Source: Squalus acanthias (taxonomy: Eukaryota). Taken from it: a DNA stretch of 64,000 nt. The notes under the pieces were generated by a model, which had not been told where the DNA came from, searched no databases, and worked only from the letters and a program-made list of their open reading frames with translations. Positions 27,104 to 40,039 of the stretch are shown here, one piece after another (position 1 is the first letter of the stretch; each line of letters begins with the position of its first letter). A program made the translations under genes and the position numbers. The DNA is taken from the NCBI GenBank assembly GCA_030390025.1, contig CM059428.1, positions 164,734,001-164,798,000 of the forward strand, written 5' to 3'.

Positions 27104-29837
27104 ATTATGTTGCTGTGCAGAGGCTGCCAAACAAAGACAATTAACATCTCCACCGAGCATTGGAAATTAGCTGAGCAAATACTGGGTGACGTTTAACGCC
27201 TCTCTGCAGCTCAACTAGAGCAGCATTAGTAGAGGCCTGGGATTTCAAGTTTCCTATCGACTATGGTTAGTGTAAGGTCCAGGGTGAGCAGGAAAAAGGG
27301 TAACGTTACAACAAAAGTTAGCCCTGCTGTGTCATTATACTATCACTTTTACATTGGGAACCGTGGGATGGGATATGTTGGGGGGAATTAAATGCGTGGG
27401 GTTACGGGGGTAGGGTGGGATATGTGTACTGTGGGGATTAAAGCAGGGACAGGGTACTGGATTTGGATGATCAGCCATGATCGTGTTGAATGGCGGAGCA
27501 GGCTCGACGGGCCGAATGGCCTACTCCTGCTCCTAGATTCTATGTTTCTATGTTTCTATGTTAAATCAGCTTGTGCTTCCCAACCTTGGATCGAGGACAA
27601 ATATCCAATATCAAGGCATTTTAATTTGTTCTATTTAGTGCCATGAATAATCAAATAATGCAATATTGTCATTTTTTGTAATATATCTGCCGTGCTCTCC
27701 TGTGGTGGGGGGAGGGGGTTCCCTGCCTCCATCATTCACAAGCTTCAATTTATACAAACCTCTCTGTCCCACATAACTGTGAAACACATTTTTGTGAAGC
27801 TCCGCTGGCTCCCTATGCTCCAGTAAATCAACTTTAAGATACTTGTTTTCAATTTCTTCCTCCCTATCTGAACAGCCTTCTCCAGCCACATGTCCCTACC
27901 AACACCCTCGCTCCTCGTAGATTGACGCTTGCGATCCACTCTACTGTCAGGCTGAGCCTGTAGAAATTATATTTGAGCCCTCTGGAATTCTGTCCCTAAA
28001 CCATTTTGCCTTCCTATCTTTCTCCCTGCCTTCAAAAGCCTCTTAAACCCATATATTTGACCAAGCCTTGGGCATCCTCCCTTTCCCCATGTCCCCCACT
28101 AAACCAGTCTCCTACTTGGTAGTCCACATCACTGTTCTAAGTGCTGTTATACGTCCTTTTACATGACTGCAATATAAATGTAGATGATGAATTGAATGTT
28201 GCAGTTTCCACAGCTACAAAAAAAGCCTAGTTTGTAACGATCAGTTAAAACAAAAATAAATTCAGCCCAAGTTTATGGTTCAAAAATTAAAAAGTCCCAG
28301 AAGTCTTTTGAGTTATGCTCTGATAGCAAAAGCAACAAGTTAAAGTAAGGAAGCTTGTGTCAGAAATGTGCTTGGCTTGTCCTTTTCCCCACACTTCTCA
28401 ATCTGATGGATCAACACCTTAATTGTATTTTGATGGTATATCAAGATTAAGGGAGCTTTGCTCTGGAATATGCTTGATTTTCTTTTTTAATTTACACACT
28501 CAATCGGGTGGATTAACACCTTATATTTTGATGGTGTATAATTTAAGATATGTGCAGTCAAAGTACAATAAAATGTTAATCCCTTTGATTGTGAAGTATC
28601 TAAACAAATTAAACACATTTCCCAATTTCCTTTATCTCTAAACTGTAACTACAAAGAAATTGTACAGTACCAAACAAAACAGCTCGGAGGGCATGAGCTA
28701 ATTTTTAAAATTGAGGAAGTCAACTACCCTGGTTACTCAGTAAGTTTACCCATTGAGTAGCTCAGCCATAAAGACCAGAAGTTCCTAGGTCACATTCTGT
28801 CCTGAGTTAGCTGGTCTCAGTCACAACGATGATGGAATCACAATTGTAATGATCTTGCTGGAAGTGTATTGGGTGAGCATGAGATCCAGCTCAATAGCGA
28901 TACTTTTTGCAGTAAAGGAACCTGCCATATTTCACTTTAACATCATGTGTTAACAATGGGCACTTGAGAGAGTGTAACCATACCTGGGCAAAAATTCAGT
29001 TCCTTCAGGAGAGGATTGGAGAAAATTGATGATTAAAATAATATTCTGGACCGAGGGAAGGAGTGAAATTGAGAGATCCTGTTTAAACCGCAATAGCTGA
29101 GTTATTAACTTTGGTATTAAGAGATGATCTGACTGCTGAGTGTACTAATGCCAAGACGTTTGACACCACCTCCAGGAGCTAGTGTCTCATTGCTTGAGCT
29201 TTGCTTGGTGTAACAGCTAAGTTTTAAAAGTTCCCAACTTTTTAAATTAATTTTGCCAGCCACGTTCTAACTGTATTAAGTTCCATTCGTCCATCATCCC
29301 AGTCGGCACTGACCTTCACTAACTTGCGATCCCCCAGCACATTAATTACAAAATGCTCTCATATACAAATTCCTCTGGTCTTGTCTCACTTTGACTCCAC
29401 TACATCTTCTACCTGCTAACTTGTACTCTCCATTCCATGATCAGTGATGGGCCCTTCAGTTATTTGGCCTTGCTCGCTGCAATACTCTTAAATTCCTCTG
29501 CCATTTTCCAAAACTTCCTGAAAACCTATGTCCTCGACCTCGCCTTTAGTTTCCTCTCCTAACTCTTCTCCTAGTTCCTGCTCCGTGTCAGAATTTCTCT
29601 CTTTTCACCCCTGTCCATCCTGTGAAGTATGTTGGGGTGTTGCACTGTATAAGCATAAGTTGTTGAAAGTCTTAGTCTTAAGGCAATGTGAGCTCGTTCG
29701 CAACATAAAAATTTAATCCTTCACCAAGTAATTGCATTCTTAAGTATAGGTTTGAGATTCCCAACTATAATATTACTGTGATTAGTTTCTACTCAGAGCC
29801 GTGTTTGCTATATTTGCTTCTTGTCTTGCTTTGATAG

Positions 29838-29957
29838 GAATTGGTGGGTTTATGGTGCGCCAGAGGAGCCGGACAGGACAGAATAAGACAAAGCGCTCAC
29901 TGTCCAGGAAGAACTCCACTGGCTCAGTCGCTGAAATGATGGCTGGGAAGGGGGATG
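29838..29957 (+). CDS. KMT2C: KMT2C exon (ex25), 120 nt
   Basis: tgatag|GA...G|gtaagt; GIGGFMVRQRSRTGQNKTKRSLSRKNSTGSVAEMMAGKGD. Confidence 0.95.
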
Positions 29958-30652
29958 GTAAGTGATATATCACGTATACAGGAAGTTGTAGTAAGGAAAT
30001 ATCCTATCTTAGTACTCTTTATTCCAAATATTTTGATTTTTTTTTAATGTGCTGCTGTGTTTTGGAGAAACCTATCTTGTAATGTTGCATTTAAAAAGGG
30101 GAAATGACATTATTGCTTATAAGCAACAAACAGCATGGGCATCCAGCATATTTCATGGCAGGTACCAATGAGGCCCAGTGGATCATCTAAAATCACCAGT
30201 GGTGAGTTGGGAAATCTGCATTATTTAATGCACAAAACACCTCTGACCAGAAGTTGTGAACCTTGGGGCTCTCTTAAACAATGTAAACAAGATTTCCCAA
30301 GTCACTATTACACACATCTGAAGGGATAACTCATATCCTGCATGCTGAACTATGGTACGGAGGGTCATATGTGCAGAGTTAAGTTTCTTAACTGGAATAA
30401 GTTTAGCAGAGGGAAACACTCCAAATAAAGGTGTTGCATGATATACTAGCGTACCAGTTAAGCATTAAACAACTGATTTTAGTTAAAAGCCCCAGGACTG
30501 CTAGGTTACATATAATGAGTACAATTCTGTATTTGCAATTGTAGCTGTGCTCAAGTTGAGACTTCCTTTTGCCTTACAGATAGACTTCGGATCTCCCAAA
30601 ATTAAACTAGAAAGGAAGCAGCTAATAGGTTCCTTTGGTTTGTTTGTAATAG

Positions 30653-30783
30653 GTTGGGTTGAGCAACTACCAGAGGTGCCTGTCGATGAGGCAGCTGCTG
30701 TCCCTGAGATTGTAGAGAAAATGAAAAAACGATACAGGAAGAAGAAGAACAAATTGGAAGAAATTTTTCCAACATATCTGCAG
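30653..30783 (+). CDS. KMT2C: KMT2C exon (ex26), 131 nt
   Basis: taatag|GT...CAG|gtatag; GWVEQLPEVPVDEAAAVPEIVEKMKKRYRKKKNKLEEIFPTYLQ. Confidence 0.95.
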
Positions 30784-32022
30784 GTATAGTTACTCGGCAA
30801 GTGTTACCTCATCTGCCCTCTAAACAAAATTTTAATTTGTTCTTGAGAGCATTACCATTTGGAGAGTGGACTTTACTATATACCGATCATTGTTTGTACA
30901 TATCTGATTGGCTGCAAAGAAACAGGGTTTCAGTGAAGGCAAGTGAATTTTGCTGCTTCTGTGATGGGAGCTTCTTACCATAGGGGCTTCATACAGTGAC
31001 CTAGCCAAAGCCTAACTAAATAAATTCTTCTGAGTGGTATCAATGGTCTTAATTCTGACCGGTTCTAGTTAGGACACAGGGACACCACTGCCTGTACTAT
31101 CACTCTGCCTCTATTGATAAATACATTTCTTTTTAAATATCATCCTGTACCCTAAAAACATATTTCCAGATTTGAAAGTATCGTCAATCTCTCAGCCGTT
31201 TTGAACCAGTAAGGTCAGAAGAAAAATCAAATGAAGGGAAAGGTAGAAAGAGCGTAAGATTGTGTTAGCAAAAGATGAGAGAAGTTTTGTTATTGTCCTT
31301 AAGAATTGTTGCTAAGAGACAAAGAAACTGAAATTGGTAATGAATAAGGCACAATGCAAATTTAGCTGGAAAGACAGATGACACAGCTGATGACTTCAAA
31401 CGAACTGCAGGTGGGTTGTATGCAATGTTTACGCAGGGAAGAACATCATTTGTGGTTTGAGCAGAAATTTGGATTGTAAAATGTTGGATTGAGGGGAGTG
31501 AGTAACATGGCGCATTAGCGGACAGTGCTACCTCCAGGATCTGTTTGAATTCACATTAGACTGATGGATCAAAGCTCCCCTAATTTGTTGCAAGGTTCCT
31601 CCAAGAAATAAGCTTAGATAGTTGCAATCCAATTTTCTAGTAGTTACAGAGCTGCAAGTGCTCAAAACTAAACACAAATTGACAGTAAATTGCTATTCTT
31701 GATCAGAAACACCATAAGAATGCGTGGTGTTAAGCGAGTGGAAAAAGTCATACTGGTGTAGTAAGATGGATTCTTTGAAGGTTGTACATTGTTGCAGAAT
31801 AGAAGCTTTACTTTGCATAGTGCTATATTTTTTTGATTGCACTTGGTAGTTAGTGCCTCTTGCCAACGCTGTAGCCCTGTTGCGATGAGATGCCCCTGAT
31901 GGTGTGGAGCTTTATTGGGCTGAATTAGAGTTGAAAAGTCAGGCATGTCAGCACAGCACGCCGCATTTTGCAAAGAAATATAATGTTGGTTATGTTGAGG
32001 CTGCACTGGTGACCAAAGCACA

Positions 32023-32257
32023 AGAACATAAGAACTAGGAGCAGGAGTAGTCCATATGACCCCTCCAGCCTGCTCCGTCATTCAATAAGATCATGGCTGA
32101 TCTTCAACCTCAACTCTACTTTCCCGCCTGATCTCCATATCCCTTGATTCCCCTAGAATCCAAAAATCTATCTCAGTTTTGAATATACTCAACGACTCAG
32201 CATCCACGGCCCTTTGGTGTAGAGAATTCCAATGATTCACAGCCCTCTGAGTGAAGC
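32023..32257 (-). mobile_element. CR1 3' end
   Basis: aagaacataagaac tail; reverse complement of the 41530-41749 region. Confidence 0.85.
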
Positions 32258-32875
32258 AAGCCTCACTCTACCCACAAATTTAATTTAAATTGGTTGCATA
32301 CCAGATTCTGCAGCTATCTTGCTGCCAGAAGATCTGCTCACTCATATAATGGAGATATTGCAGTGTTTGAATGGCCCAACCTATAGGATTGAGCTTCTTA
32401 AAGGTCAGTATCACTTTTTAATTGTTGGTTGGAAAATTATAAATGGTCCCATTTATTTTATGCTTTCTATGTATTTTCATTGGTGCTTTAATTTTGTTGC
32501 TGGTTAGACTTGATTCTTTGCATTGCAAGGCTTCTATTTACAATACAATTTCTTACTAGAGTCTTGCTTCCAGCTATTGTTTGCAGCAATTAAATTAGGC
32601 GTGATGGGAATTTTGTTGGGGATTCCAGTTATTGGCAGGGCAGGACAGGAAAGGTAGGTATAAATATTTCTCGTGTTCCTAACGCATTCATCCTTGTGCC
32701 ACTCCCCACTTTCAGTATATCAGGCAGTCGTTTCCTGGACATGTCAGAGAAACTTGCCCGTTGCAGCTACTTTTCACAAAGGAGGCTGCCACACAACTAT
32801 GTTCGCTCCAGATCCAGCAGGCAACTTGTACCACTATTCTCATGGGTGTTAAGGTCACCAAAAAAAAAAAAATTA

Positions 32876-33190
32876 CTCAGGATATGGGCATCACTGGCAA
32901 GGCCAGCATTATTTCCCATCCTTAGCAGCCTTGAGAAAGTAGTGGTGGGCCAACTGAGTTGCTTGCTAGGCCACTTCAGAGGGCAGTTAAGAATGAACCA
33001 CACTATTGTGGGGCTGGAGTCATGTATTGGCCAGACCGGTTAAGAATAGCAGGTTTCCTTCCCTAAAGAACATTAGTGAACCAGGTAGGTTTTTAATGAC
33101 AGTCTGACAGCTTCATGGTCTCTCTTACTGATACCAGATTTTTATCAACTGAATTTAAAATATCAAACAACCTTGGTGGGATTTGAACTG
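32876..33190 (-). mobile_element. tRNA-head SINE (second copy at 56010-56290, + strand)
   Basis: B-box-like gttcaaatcccacca; shared core with the 56010 copy; tail similar to the 3' end of the LINE at 3481. Confidence 0.7.
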
Positions 33191-34684
33191 CAGTAAACCT
33201 TCTTGCCACTAAATCCAGGCCACGACCAGAGAGACAATGAATTGACAGTTCATAGATGTATCAAACATATGAAAGAAGCCGTGTTTGTAACGCATAGTAG
33301 GTACATTATTTTCCTGTGGAAAAGGGGCATCAGCTAGACAGGCATAGAACTTTTTCTGGGTAGGTAAGATCCCAAGAGTACAGAACACTGCAAATGGCAC
33401 CCATGTGTTACACAGACTGCCTAGACGAGCTGCCACCTTCTGACAGGCAATGTGTACTGCTGTGCTGTGGGGGAAAATGCCCTGGAATGCCAAACAGGGC
33501 ACCGCTACTCCAACCCAACTTTGAGGAATCATATCTACTTTCCCAGCCATCAAACAGGTTGTTGCAATGCTCCGACGCTTGCTTACTATTTCGTGTCTCC
33601 ACATTGGGTTTTGTTTTGCTTAATTTTTGCCCGATATTTATTTTCCTCCCCTTCCCTCCGACCAACAGCTGCCACAGTCTTGGGTAATACTGACAAAGTT
33701 AAAATCTGTTTTCATCGAGTCTTACAGCACAGAAAGAGGCCATTTGGCCCATTGTGCCTGTGATGGCTCTTTGAAAGAGCTATCCAATTAGTCCCACCCT
33801 TTTCCCCATAGCCCTGCAATTTTTTTCATTTTCAAGTATATATCCGATTCCCTTTTGCATCTTTATGGAGGGTAAAACAATATTTGTTCCCATATGTAGC
33901 CCCTTACTTTTTAAGTGGCTGTATCCTTTTGAATTTGAGCTACTGGGTAGATTTTCTGTAGCTTCCATTAGGCTAGTTGCTGGCATAGGGCCAAAGCAAA
34001 GCCGTGTGCTCTAGCTAATAATTCAAATAAGCTGGCACTGCAAAATTGAGCTCAGTCACCTTCGTGCACTTTTGGCTAGCTTTGTGCTGGCAGCTAGACA
34101 TTCCTGGCGCAGATTTTGCTGAAGTTTCAAAATCAGGGCATAGGTGCCCAAGGTAGGGGAAAAAATGCATTCCTTAGTACTGACTTCCATTGCCTTAATG
34201 AGCACAAAACAAGGGAGGATTTATGATCTATGACTAGCAACCTACCCCCAGGATCAGCCATGCAACGACAGTGTTCCTTTAAACGATCTTCAAATTCTTG
34301 TATCCTCAAGCAAATGAATGTAGCAGAATGAAAGGTCTTGACCTTCCTGAATTTCTGGAGGTGGTATTTCCTGCTCCTTTCCCTACTCTAAAACATTCAG
34401 TTATAGATCATGGAATGAAATATTCAGAATTCTGCTTTCGGTTCACCTTTGGAATCTAACGCTGGTGAAATATGAATAGCCAAGCCACACTTGCTTGGTT
34501 GATTCAGCTTTCCGAAGGCAGAGGAGTGGAACATTTATATAAAAAAAAAAAATTGGCTTTGCCCAACCAAAGCCAAGCCACTGAATGATCAATCCCTACC
34601 AGAACATAACCATGATCTCTGTTTATTCTGGAGTACAGTAGCTGTAATTGGATTAGTTATTTCCTCCATTCATTGCTTTCACAG

Positions 34685-34880
34685 GAAGCCTTCTTCGGAA
34701 AACATTTGCTGCATACAAGTCGACAGAGCAAGCTGAGTCTAGATGCTCTGTCCGATGAAGAATCATCTCAACTACCAAACAGAGTACTGCATGCAAATGT
34801 AAATTTCCTGGATCCTTCCTCTGATCCACTGTTGAGTTCAGCCACAGCTCAGGTGGCTACAAAACAACAGGGAGGGCAAG
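34685..34880 (+). CDS. KMT2C: KMT2C exon (ex27), 196 nt
   Basis: tttcacag|GAA...G|gtatgt; EAFFGKHLLHTSRQSKLSLDALSDEE...FLDPSSDPLLSS...QQGGQ. Confidence 0.95.
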
Positions 34881-35049
34881 GTATGTATGGGGCACACAAC
34901 ACTAAGTCCTAATGTGTTTACCATTGTGTGCTTGTAATATATCAAGGACCACTACTTCTTTCAAAGATCTGATGCTGGTCATAATGTTGCCAGGATACAA
35001 ACTAATGCTGAGTTTGGTGCACTTGGGTAGTACCTTATTACAAAGTTAA

Positions 35050-36260
35050 GTACAGATGAGGGAGGTCACCTGCCCCATTCGGCTCATTCTTCTATTAAAA
35101 CCTATTGTCTCTCCATCGCAGCATTTAATTGTGTCTCAAATGACTCCAGAGTTTTTGCCCCCACGACCCCACTTAGAAGACCATTCCACTGGGTATCAAT
35201 TATTCTGTGTGTGCCATAAGTACTTCCTTATATCATTCTTAAACTTGCCTTTTACCAGTTTGTGCGTACGTTCCCTTATTGTGTGATAGCGGTGTTACCT
35301 GAAGTAGTGCTCACAATTAACCTTTTCCATTCCACTTAGTATCTTGCGTAGCTAAGGTCTCCGATCATTCACCTTTTTAGGGCTGAAAATCTGACATTTT
35401 GCTAACCTTCCCTCATAACTCAGTCTACTGATACCAGGAATTATGGCTCTTCTCTGCTTCCAGAGCTTGGGTGTTTCCCTTATGCTTTGATGGCCAAAAC
35501 TGAATGCAGTATTGGTAGTGTGCTCGACTGTGCTTCAGTGTGAGGGCTTCAGATTATCTGCTGATTTGGCAGTATGCCTCACCAATTTGCTTCTTTTGCT
35601 AATTGCTGCAGTACAATGGCCGGATGTGGTCAGTGTAGAGTCCACTATCGTGCAGATCTGACTGTTTCTTTCCTAGCTATTTCAACACCATTCATTAAGC
35701 AAGTATGTCTCCCATTTTTTTCATTGTGTAAGGCTATATTAAATTGCATCTCCCATTGTACTGCCAGCATGCAAGTATTGCCTAGGTCTTTCTGTAATTC
35801 CTTAGCTACGATATCAGATTCTGCTGCAGCCCCAGTAGTTTTTTTCACCTTTATCTCTACATCCTTGTAGAGTTTATTTTTCTTATTTATTTCTCTATGT
35901 ATTGTCTTATTAATCCATTTAGGGTCACATTTCTTCAATTACATTTGCTAGTCCTAAGTTTTATGTCCTTAAAAGTATTTCATTGGTCCTCAGCTGGTTT
36001 TCTTCACTGCCAGTCCCTAGTTGATTTATTTAAGCACTTTCCTCATTGCCTTGAAGCTGTCCCTTTCAAAATTGCATAACTGAATATTGATTTGTGTTAC
36101 TGGTTTACCTAATATCCTGTCACATTTAATCATGTTGTAGCTGCTATCACCCAGGATTGCCCATACTTCCATTCCCAGAATGCTAAACTGTCACTTGTTG
36201 TTATCATATCAAGATGCATGTTGTCTTGTTGCATCCTTTAATCCACTGGTTCAGAAAGCT
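35050..36260 (-). mobile_element. Old degenerate CR1 remnant
   Basis: ORF 35645..35938 contains PKWINKTIHREINKKNKLY and QWEMQFN, both CR1-like segments. Confidence 0.6.
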
Positions 36261-36763
36261 GTCATGAATTACATTGGCCAGCTCAGATTGAAAGACTACT
36301 TGGGCAGTCTTAGTACTGCAATTGTAAGGGCATTCCCGGTTTATGTTAGGTTGGTCGAAGTTCTCCTTTTGTGTGACCTTTCTGTTTACACCTATCTTTC
36401 TTCTCTGCTCAGAGCGTAACCTGTCGTCCTGTTTATTTTTGACCCAGTGGTCTATAGCAAAATCACATTATTGAACCATCTCAAAATGTTGCACCTAATA
36501 ACTTCTGTAGTGTGCTAACTGTTATGTAGGCATTAATATCCACAAACACTAATGAGCTGAGCGACTGGTTGAATTTTTCCGTGGTACTGTATTGGTTGAG
36601 GGAGTAATGTCACTCAGGATCCAAGGAGAGCTCCTGCCTTTCTTTGAATAGCATCATTGACGTAGATCTTTGACATCCAACTGAAAAGGTGCTATATAAA
36701 TACAAGTTGTTGTTGTTACGCTGTACTATTTCCTGAAAAATTTATGAGCTGATTGTTCTGCAG

Positions 36764-36868
36764 GTAACGGAGATGATCCACTAGCTGATCTCTCGGAAGT
36801 CCTTACCACAGAAGATGATATCCTTGGAATACTTTCTGATGAACTGGGAAAAACAGGAGATGAGTCAG
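36764..36868 (+). CDS. KMT2C: KMT2C exon (ex28), 105 nt
   Basis: ctgcag|GT...G|gtatat; GNGDDPLADLSEVLTTEDDILGILSDELGKTGDES. Confidence 0.93.
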
Positions 36869-37271
36869 GTATATTGGGACACCATTGTGGAGCTCATGAA
36901 GAGCCCCAGTCAATTCCAGTGCTCCTTGTAGTAGAAGAATAAGTGGTTTCCTGTGAAGTTTGAACGTGTCACTTTACCTAAGTTTCTCTTGCTTCTATTC
37001 TATCTCTTTATTTGCAGCAAGACATCACTTTTGTGCCTAAACAGCAACTATTTGAATTTTTTTCAAGATTTCTTTTGCTGTAAAGTGCTTTGCTGCTTGG
37101 TGCAGTTACCTAAGACATTAACAATCAATGATTATGCTACTTTATGCTGTACTGCTCAATGCCTGTCGCATGCTGTTGAGTTGCGTATTCTGTGTGTGTG
37201 CTTTTTGTTTTGTTTTTTTTGGTCTTTATTTCCCAGTTATTCATCCATTTTATCTGGTTTGGGTCCTGTAG

Positions 37272-37319
37272 GTCTTGATTTATGCACTTTCCAGGTCGAG
37301 AATTCACCTTCTCCATTTG
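37272..37319 (+). CDS. KMT2C: Candidate alternative 48-nt cassette exon of KMT2C (between ex28 and ex29)
   Basis: cctgtag|GT CTT GAT...CCA TTT G|gtaaga; phase 1-1, no stop, GLDLCTFQVENSPSPF; lies in a TE-free, U/UG-rich intronic block. Confidence 0.65.
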
Positions 37320-37450
37320 GTAAGAGACTAAATGGTGGATAGCAGTAGTCCCATGTCTGGTGCTTTTGTCTTTATCGAAAACAATTGTGTTCATGCCTGT
37401 GTGTGTGTTTTTCAGAATCTTTGTTTTCTAAAGTTTCATCTGTTCTGTTG

Positions 37451-37474
37451 CACTAACAAACTTTGATGGTTAAC
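37451..37474 (+). promoter_or_regulatory. Bipartite QKI-response-element-like motif downstream of the candidate cassette exon
   Basis: cACTAAC (37452-37457), 13 nt spacer, TAAC half-site (37471-37474), about 130 nt after the donor. Confidence 0.4.
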
Positions 37475-37890
37475 TAGTTTGCTTGAAGTATTAGCACACA
37501 AATGACAAAACTGCATTTTGCATCATGATTAGAAAGTAGAATAACTAGGATTTTAAACTGCGTTACTGATATGTTGACCTTTAACCTCATGATCCTAATA
37601 TCCATTTGAAAATATAGCCAGATGGATGTTACAATTCTAGTGAATTTGTAGTTCGTTTCCCTGACCTGGATATCTGTTTTGAGAACTTGGTGCAAATAGT
37701 GACACTTGTACAGGAAAAGAAGCAAATTAATGGCAGTCTTCTGAGTCGAATGTGAGGAGGCATTCTATAACTATATATACCTATAACTGGGGTGAACAGT
37801 GTCGATACAGCTGAAGGTGCGGAAGATAGGGGAAACTATTAAGATACTTGAAAGATTAAAGGAAACATTTTTCAAATTGGTTTTGGATAA

Positions 37891-38623
37891 TGGGCCAAAT
37901 CTTGCTGAAAAACTAACCGTGTTAACAACACACGGCGTTATTAATGTACAAATCGGCCAGCAAGTTCAGGGGATTAAGAGATACGCTGTGAGTTATGAAT
38001 CTCCAGAACTTGCTGGTCGATTTACACGGTTTGTTTTGCACAAATAGCATCTTGCCTTTAGCCTCCCTGTTATTTTTAAGAATTTGCTGGATTTGCACAT
38101 TAAATGCCCATTAAACTCGCTACAGAAAGTTAGGGCTGGTGATTAAGAGCGTAACTACCCTTTTAACTACACGATAATTGTTAATGCAATGCCAATCAAC
38201 CTCTCTGGCCAAGAAAGGGAACAATTTAAAGTGTTCAATCTCATTCCTGCGTGTAGTAAATTGTTTTTAGAGATTTTGTAAATTTTAAATTGTTTAATTT
38301 TTTTCTTACTTTTCCTTTCTTCATTTCTCCTTCTCAATCCAATCTTTCTTTCTCTTTCTGTACCTGATTTAACTCTAATTCACCCTCTTTCTGAGTCGTT
38401 CCTCTGTTTCTTTCTCAATCCTTAAGTCTCATTGATTAAGGAGCTACACTGTTGATCCTGCCGTTCATTAAGGTCCCCAATGCCCCATTGCCCTCGCCGC
38501 GCTGTTATCAGCTCACACTTCCAGCAAATTAGCCACAAAACTTTTTCAAGCTGAAGGATGCAACAAAATGTCTAATTAACAGCATACGCCGTGAGATGCC
38601 CCACTCCAACAAGATTTAGACCA
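37891..38623. mobile_element. MITE-like element, second family
   Basis: Imperfect TIRs tgggccaaatcttgctg / caacaagatttagacca. Confidence 0.55.
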
Positions 38624-40039
38624 TCACAGAGATGGTTACAAAGAAGATATCCAAAGAAACTAAAATGAAATGGAGCTAGATGAAAAATTGAAAGGGAGAG
38701 AAAGAATAAGGCTATATAGGCATGCATGCTTCTTATCACTGCTTATCTGATTATCGCCAAGACTGCAACTTCCTTGGAACAAAGGATCCCTAGCTCTGCT
38801 ATTGAAGATATGAAAAATAATGTCATGGCGAGAGGAGGCTCAATGTTTAACAAGGAACTGTGACTTAGTGGGATCATTTGCCTATAATTCTTAGTCACAT
38901 TTTCTTGCTTAGTGCATGCGGATTTTATATGGAGTTATAAAAGCAGTTGATACCACATAAGGGACATGGCAAAGATAATGGCACGTGAAACTAAGGAGAC
39001 TTTGGCCACATGGTTAGAGAAATGGTTGGAAGAGAGGAAGCAAAGGGTTGGGATAAAAGGAAATTTCTCCAAGATGTGATGTGATATGTGGTGTTTCACA
39101 GGGGTCTGTATTGCAGCTGCCCTTATTTACTGTACATAAATGATGCTTACGAATATTGATAGCACTGCTGAAATTTGCTGATGATGCCAAATTAGGGGTA
39201 TGGCAGATTTTAACATGAATTTTTGAAAGACTCCAGAAGGACATAGACTAGAAGATGGGCAGATAAATGGCAGATGCAGTTCAATGTGGAGAAATGTGAA
39301 GTCATGCATTTTGGAAGCAAGACTAGGGAAAGCCAATAAAAAAGGCAAATTGAACCCTTGCTATTTTATTCAGAGGTATAAAATAGAAAAGAAAGAAGGT
39401 AATGTTGAACTTGTACAAGACTTTAGTTGGAGTAATGTGTATAGTATTGAGCACTGTGTAGTATGAAGGATATAAAAGTAGTAAAAGGGGCAGTGTAGAT
39501 TCAATAAGATGTTCGTGAGGATGAGGGGTTACAATTATGAAGAGATACTTGAATAGTTAAGTCTTACAGAAGTCTTCAAGATTATGAAGGGTTATAATCA
39601 TAGAACCATTGAATAGTATAGCACAGAAGGAGGCTATTCAGCCCATCGAGTCTGCGCCGGCACTTTCGAAGAGAATTCCAGTTAGTCCCACTTCCCCTGC
39701 TCTTTCTCCGTATCTCTGCAATTTTTTTCTCCTTCAAGTATTTATCCAATTCACTTTTGAAGGCTACTATTGAATCTGTATCCACCATCCTATCAGGAAA
39801 TCCATTCCAAATCCTAACCACTCGTTATGTAAAACAGTTTTTCCTCATGGAATTGAGGGTAATATATTAGCATGGATAGAGGATTGGTTGAAGGACAGAA
39901 AACAGACTGTCGGAATAAAGGGTAATTTTCAAGTTGGCAGGCTGTTACTGGTGGGGTACTGCAAGGATCAGTGCTGGGGCCTCAGCTATTTACAATCTAT
40001 ATTAATGACTTAGATGAAGGGACCAAGTGTAATGTATCC

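Noticed and set aside
31505-31670. LF-SINE-like relic
   Set aside because: Only a loose resemblance to the recalled consensus; too degraded to call without an HMM search.
33209-33763. Overlapping ORFs of 85-131 aa as a nested gene
   Set aside because: No recognisable domain, promoter or splice pattern; the stretch lies between TE fragments.
37295-37319. Shorter version of the cassette exon using the internal ttccag acceptor
   Set aside because: At 25 nt it would shift the frame; the 48-nt form fits the phases.
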